Shown here: piece by piece, positions 57,851-60,188 of the stretch
Position numbering within the stretch: position 1 is the first letter of the stretch
Layout of the letters: each line of letters begins with the position of its first letter
Virus record (IMG/VR): IMGVR_UViG_3300042569_001770
Reading direction: 5' to 3' (one strand)
DNA: 60,188 bases
Origin: an uncultured virus (IMG/VR IMGVR_UViG_3300042569_001770)
Taxonomy: Duplodnaviria; Heunggongvirae; Uroviricota; Caudoviricetes
The notes under the pieces: generated by a model
Told to the model about the DNA's origin: nothing
The model's database searches: none
Seen by the model: only the letters and a program-made list of their open reading frames with translations
Position numbers and translations under genes: made by a program

Positions 57851-58066
57851 ATGAAACATATCCTCCTAGCAATTCTTACCGGAATACTTCTGTCAGCATG
57901 TACCACCATCAAGCAAGTCAATACAGACTTCAAGAACTTCTGCAATACAGTACAGCACCACAATACTCCAAAGGATGTCTGGCCCAAAGAAGGTTGGCAT
58001 TCTACCTGTGAGTATTGTATACCCACAGTCAAATGCCGCTGGTACAAATGCCCAAATAAAGATTGA
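57851..58066 (+). CDS. Putative Cys-rich lipoprotein
   Basis: Lipobox LLSAC. Confidence 0.65.
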   Translation: MKHILLAILTGILLSACTTIKQVNTDFKNFCNTVQHHNTPKDVWPKEGWHSTCEYCIPTVKCRWYKCPNKD

Positions 58067-58100
58067 GATTCCCCATTAAATCTATTACTATAATAACATA

Positions 58101-58448
58101 ATGATTACATCATCCACACTCCACACTATCAAGACCACCGAAGCCCAACTCAAGGCAAACCTCTATACTCGATATTCCGAGGTCCTCTCTGATGCCTTGA
58201 GTGATGATCTGGACCTGTTTGAAAGCGAGGTCCATGACTTTAATCACACCATTCTAAAAATTAACCAAGTTGGATTCCGCCGTACCTTTGCAGACGGATT
58301 TACTATGATGCTTCTGGATGCCGAAGACTTTAAGTTTGTAGAAAAATGGTTCGAGCAAGGAAAAAATAAAACCGAGAACCTCCAGATAGTCATCACCAAA
58401 GGCAATGGAGATGTAGAGATTCTCTCCCACGAAGATCTTAGTTATTGA
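58101..58448 (+). CDS. Hypothetical protein
   Basis: Promoter repeat upstream. Confidence 0.7.
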   Translation: MITSSTLHTIKTTEAQLKANLYTRYSEVLSDALSDDLDLFESEVHDFNHTILKINQVGFRRTFADGFTMMLLDAEDFKFVEKWFEQGKNKTENLQIVITKGNGDVEILSHEDLSY

Positions 58449-58482
58449 TCTTCCCCATAAAAGATAGTAATATAATAACATA

Positions 58483-58704
58483 ATGAATAAGCACACCATT
58501 CAAGTCAAAAACAAATCCAATGGAGTAATCCTTAATGTTATTAAACGAGTCCTTCGCTCTGAGGCTATTGGTAACTTCTGTCCTATCTTCTGTACCTATC
58601 TGGGAAAACAATATCTGGTCAAGTCTGAAGAGGGTGATCTCTCCGATCCCTTTCGCCGTCAAGAATCCTATGCTCAGTCCTTCTATATCGAAGTAGTAGC
58701 CTAA
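58483..58704 (+). CDS. Hypothetical protein
   Basis: Promoter repeat upstream. Confidence 0.7.
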   Translation: MNKHTIQVKNKSNGVILNVIKRVLRSEAIGNFCPIFCTYLGKQYLVKSEEGDLSDPFRRQESYAQSFYIEVVA

Positions 58705-58720
58705 GGAACTAAATAATATC

Positions 58721-59008
58721 ATGAAAACAAAAGATGATATCCTTCTTGAACAAGCTTATATGAAGGTAGTAAAAGAAAATCAAGAACCTCTTTACTTTAA
58801 CTTTGGAGAAAACATCCCTTACAATATAGGATACTCCAACAAAACCTTTAATGTCCGAGGTAAGGATGTATTGATAAAGTCTGAGAAAGATCAAGATGAA
58901 GATAGTGTTTGGTATTACCTCTCCCTGGTAGACCCCGAAACCAAAGAAAGAGTCTTTAATGATATAGGGGAAGAAGAGATCAAGCAATTGATGAAGAGGG
59001 TTAATTAA
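58721..59008 (+). CDS. Late protein with MKxKDDILLE leader
   Basis: TAAATA 4 nt before ATG. Confidence 0.7.
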   Translation: MKTKDDILLEQAYMKVVKENQEPLYFNFGENIPYNIGYSNKTFNVRGKDVLIKSEKDQDEDSVWYYLSLVDPETKERVFNDIGEEEIKQLMKRVN

Positions 59009-59057
59009 AAAAATAGATCTTGAGTTTCCCCATTAAATCTATTACTATAGATACATA

Positions 59058-59201
59058 ATGAAACACTACGAGATCAAAGCTTACTCAGCCTGGCAAAAAC
59101 CTCAGTCCTATATCACCAATACAGAATCAGAAAGAGACGAACTTGTACTGGTCCTCAAGCAAGAGCAGTATAAAGTAGAATGGGAAGAGATAGAAGAATG
59201 A
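59058..59201 (+). CDS. Small hypothetical protein (47 aa)
   Basis: Promoter repeat upstream. Confidence 0.6.
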   Translation: MKHYEIKAYSAWQKPQSYITNTESERDELVLVLKQEQYKVEWEEIEE

Positions 59202-59217
59202 AAGACGAATGGAAGAA

Positions 59218-59291
59218 AGAGTAGGTTAAAAGGTAGGAAAAGTAGGTTGTTGGAAAAGTAGGTTGAAAAGGTAGGTTGAAAAAGTAGATTG
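59218..59291 (+). repeat. Degenerate short repeat (AAAA)GTAGGTTG x6, intergenic
   Basis: GTAGG at 59221, 59233, 59242, 59258, 59271 and GTAGA at 59284. Confidence 0.75.
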
Positions 59292-59473
59292 TCGATTAAC
59301 CTCACGTTTTTTCAAAAATTTCCCAAAAAAAAATTTTAAATCATTTTAAGGGGAAAAACCCGCCTTCTTTTCCTGGTTTTCCCCAACACTCTCTTTAAAG
59401 ATACCTCTTGACATTTCCCGATAATCATAGTATCATATTACCTGAACCATAAAACAAAGAAGGACACTAATCC

Positions 59474-60043
59474 GTGGCACCAAAGAAACTACTATCACCA
59501 GACAAACCAGAAGACCAATTTTTTAATATTCCCGGTTGGGTGAAGTATTACGGGGAAAACAAGAAGCTTCCTCATAATGCTATCACCTGTAAAGAATGCC
59601 GGCGTACAGCCACTTCTATGTTCGGATCTAATCTGAAGAATACTCTTCCTAAGTTTAGTAATGACATAGAAGCCCTCCTCAAGGGATTTGTATGTAGGCC
59701 CTGTAGAACCCTCAAGACGGCTGATGAGAAAGCCAAGATGCCCAAGGAAGAGAAGCCTAAGGTGGTTAAAGAGGTAGTACCTATGACTTGGCAGGAGATG
59801 GAAGACTATAAGGAAAGGATTAGGGCTGAGATTCCTAAGATTGACCTTACCCGGAGGCCTACTCCTATCACTCCTAATATGAAGAGTGAAGTAGAACACA
59901 TGACAGCTACTACTTGTATCCGTCCTGATATCCATCTGGACAACGGACGTTACTGTAATGGTTGCCCCTGGATTAAAAATTGCATCTGTAAGATCAAAAA
60001 AATTTCTGAAAAAGAGATTGCAGTTTCCAGGAAACGACGTTAA
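59474..60043 (+). CDS. Cys-rich (zinc-binding) basic protein
   Basis: CKEC, CRPC, C...CNGC...CIC; TTGACA promoter at 59408. Confidence 0.65.
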   Translation: MAPKKLLSPDKPEDQFFNIPGWVKYYGENKKLPHNAITCKECRRTATSMFGSNLKNTLPKFSNDIEALLKGFVCRPCRTLKTADEKAKMPKEEKPKVVKEVVPMTWQEMEDYKERIRAEIPKIDLTRRPTPITPNMKSEVEHMTATTCIRPDIHLDNGRYCNGCPWIKNCICKIKKISEKEIAVSRKRR

Positions 60044-60105
60044 TATCTTATCTGTAATGAATGAAGTTTCCTCTTCTAAAAAAGGAATTGATTTTTGAAA
60101 TAAAT

Positions 60106-60188
60106 TCCTCGTTAGTAGAATGGTAAATACACCCGACTGTTAATCGGGAGCCGAAAGGCACTCTTGGTTCGAGTCCAAGACGAGGAGC
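60106..60188 (+). tRNA. tRNA-Asn, anticodon GTT, with long variable arm (3' end at window edge)
   Basis: Acceptor TCCTCGT/ACGAGGA, G73, CCCGA-CTGTTAA-TCGGG, GCC-GAAA-GGC variable arm, T arm CTTGG-TTCGAGT-CCAAG. Confidence 0.92.

Larger units (their letters stand above)
50305..59057 (+). repeat. Dispersed ~38 bp promoter repeat TTGAnYTTCCCCATWAAAnnnnnTAYTATAnATACATA-ATG
   Basis: Copies start at 50305, 53051, 54029, 54231, 54737, 55491, 56016, 56366, 56685, 57229, 58063, 58445, 59020 (also 36460), each exactly 38 nt before an ATG; -35/17 nt/-10 geometry. Confidence 0.9.

Noticed and set aside
50305..59057. CRISPR array or integron attC sites
   Set aside because: Repeats are degenerate, non-palindromic, hundreds of bp apart and have -35/-10 geometry ending in ATG

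Overview
A ~60 kb AT-rich segment of a large T4-like (myovirus) phage genome. The left part (1-32308, mostly minus strand) is a rearranged late/structural module: baseplate (gp6, gp25, large PKD and vWA proteins), small terminase, major capsid gp23, scaffold gp22, protease gp21, gp4, neck gp13, fibre and LamG adhesins, portal gp20 and a tail-collar fibre. A clamp loader, dUTPase and DenV-like gene are interspersed. The right part (32350-60188, mostly plus strand) holds candidate capsid-packaged proteins, nucleotide/RNA-repair and anti-defence enzymes (dCMP deaminase, RNA ligase, NADAR, RadA-like ATPase, Hpt), three atypical tRNA or tRNA-like genes, and many small genes each behind a copy of one conserved ~38 bp sigma70-type promoter giving (near-)leaderless mRNAs. 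The most striking element is an ~800 nt non-coding stretch (49297-50091) tiled by eight stem-closed structured RNA modules. One of them reproduces the 23S rRNA uL11-binding GTPase-associated centre (H43/H44) with compensatory base changes and a 126 nt structured insert, i.e. a candidate phage-encoded rRNA mimic. All family assignments and rRNA comparisons come from motif recognition and memory, not from database searches.
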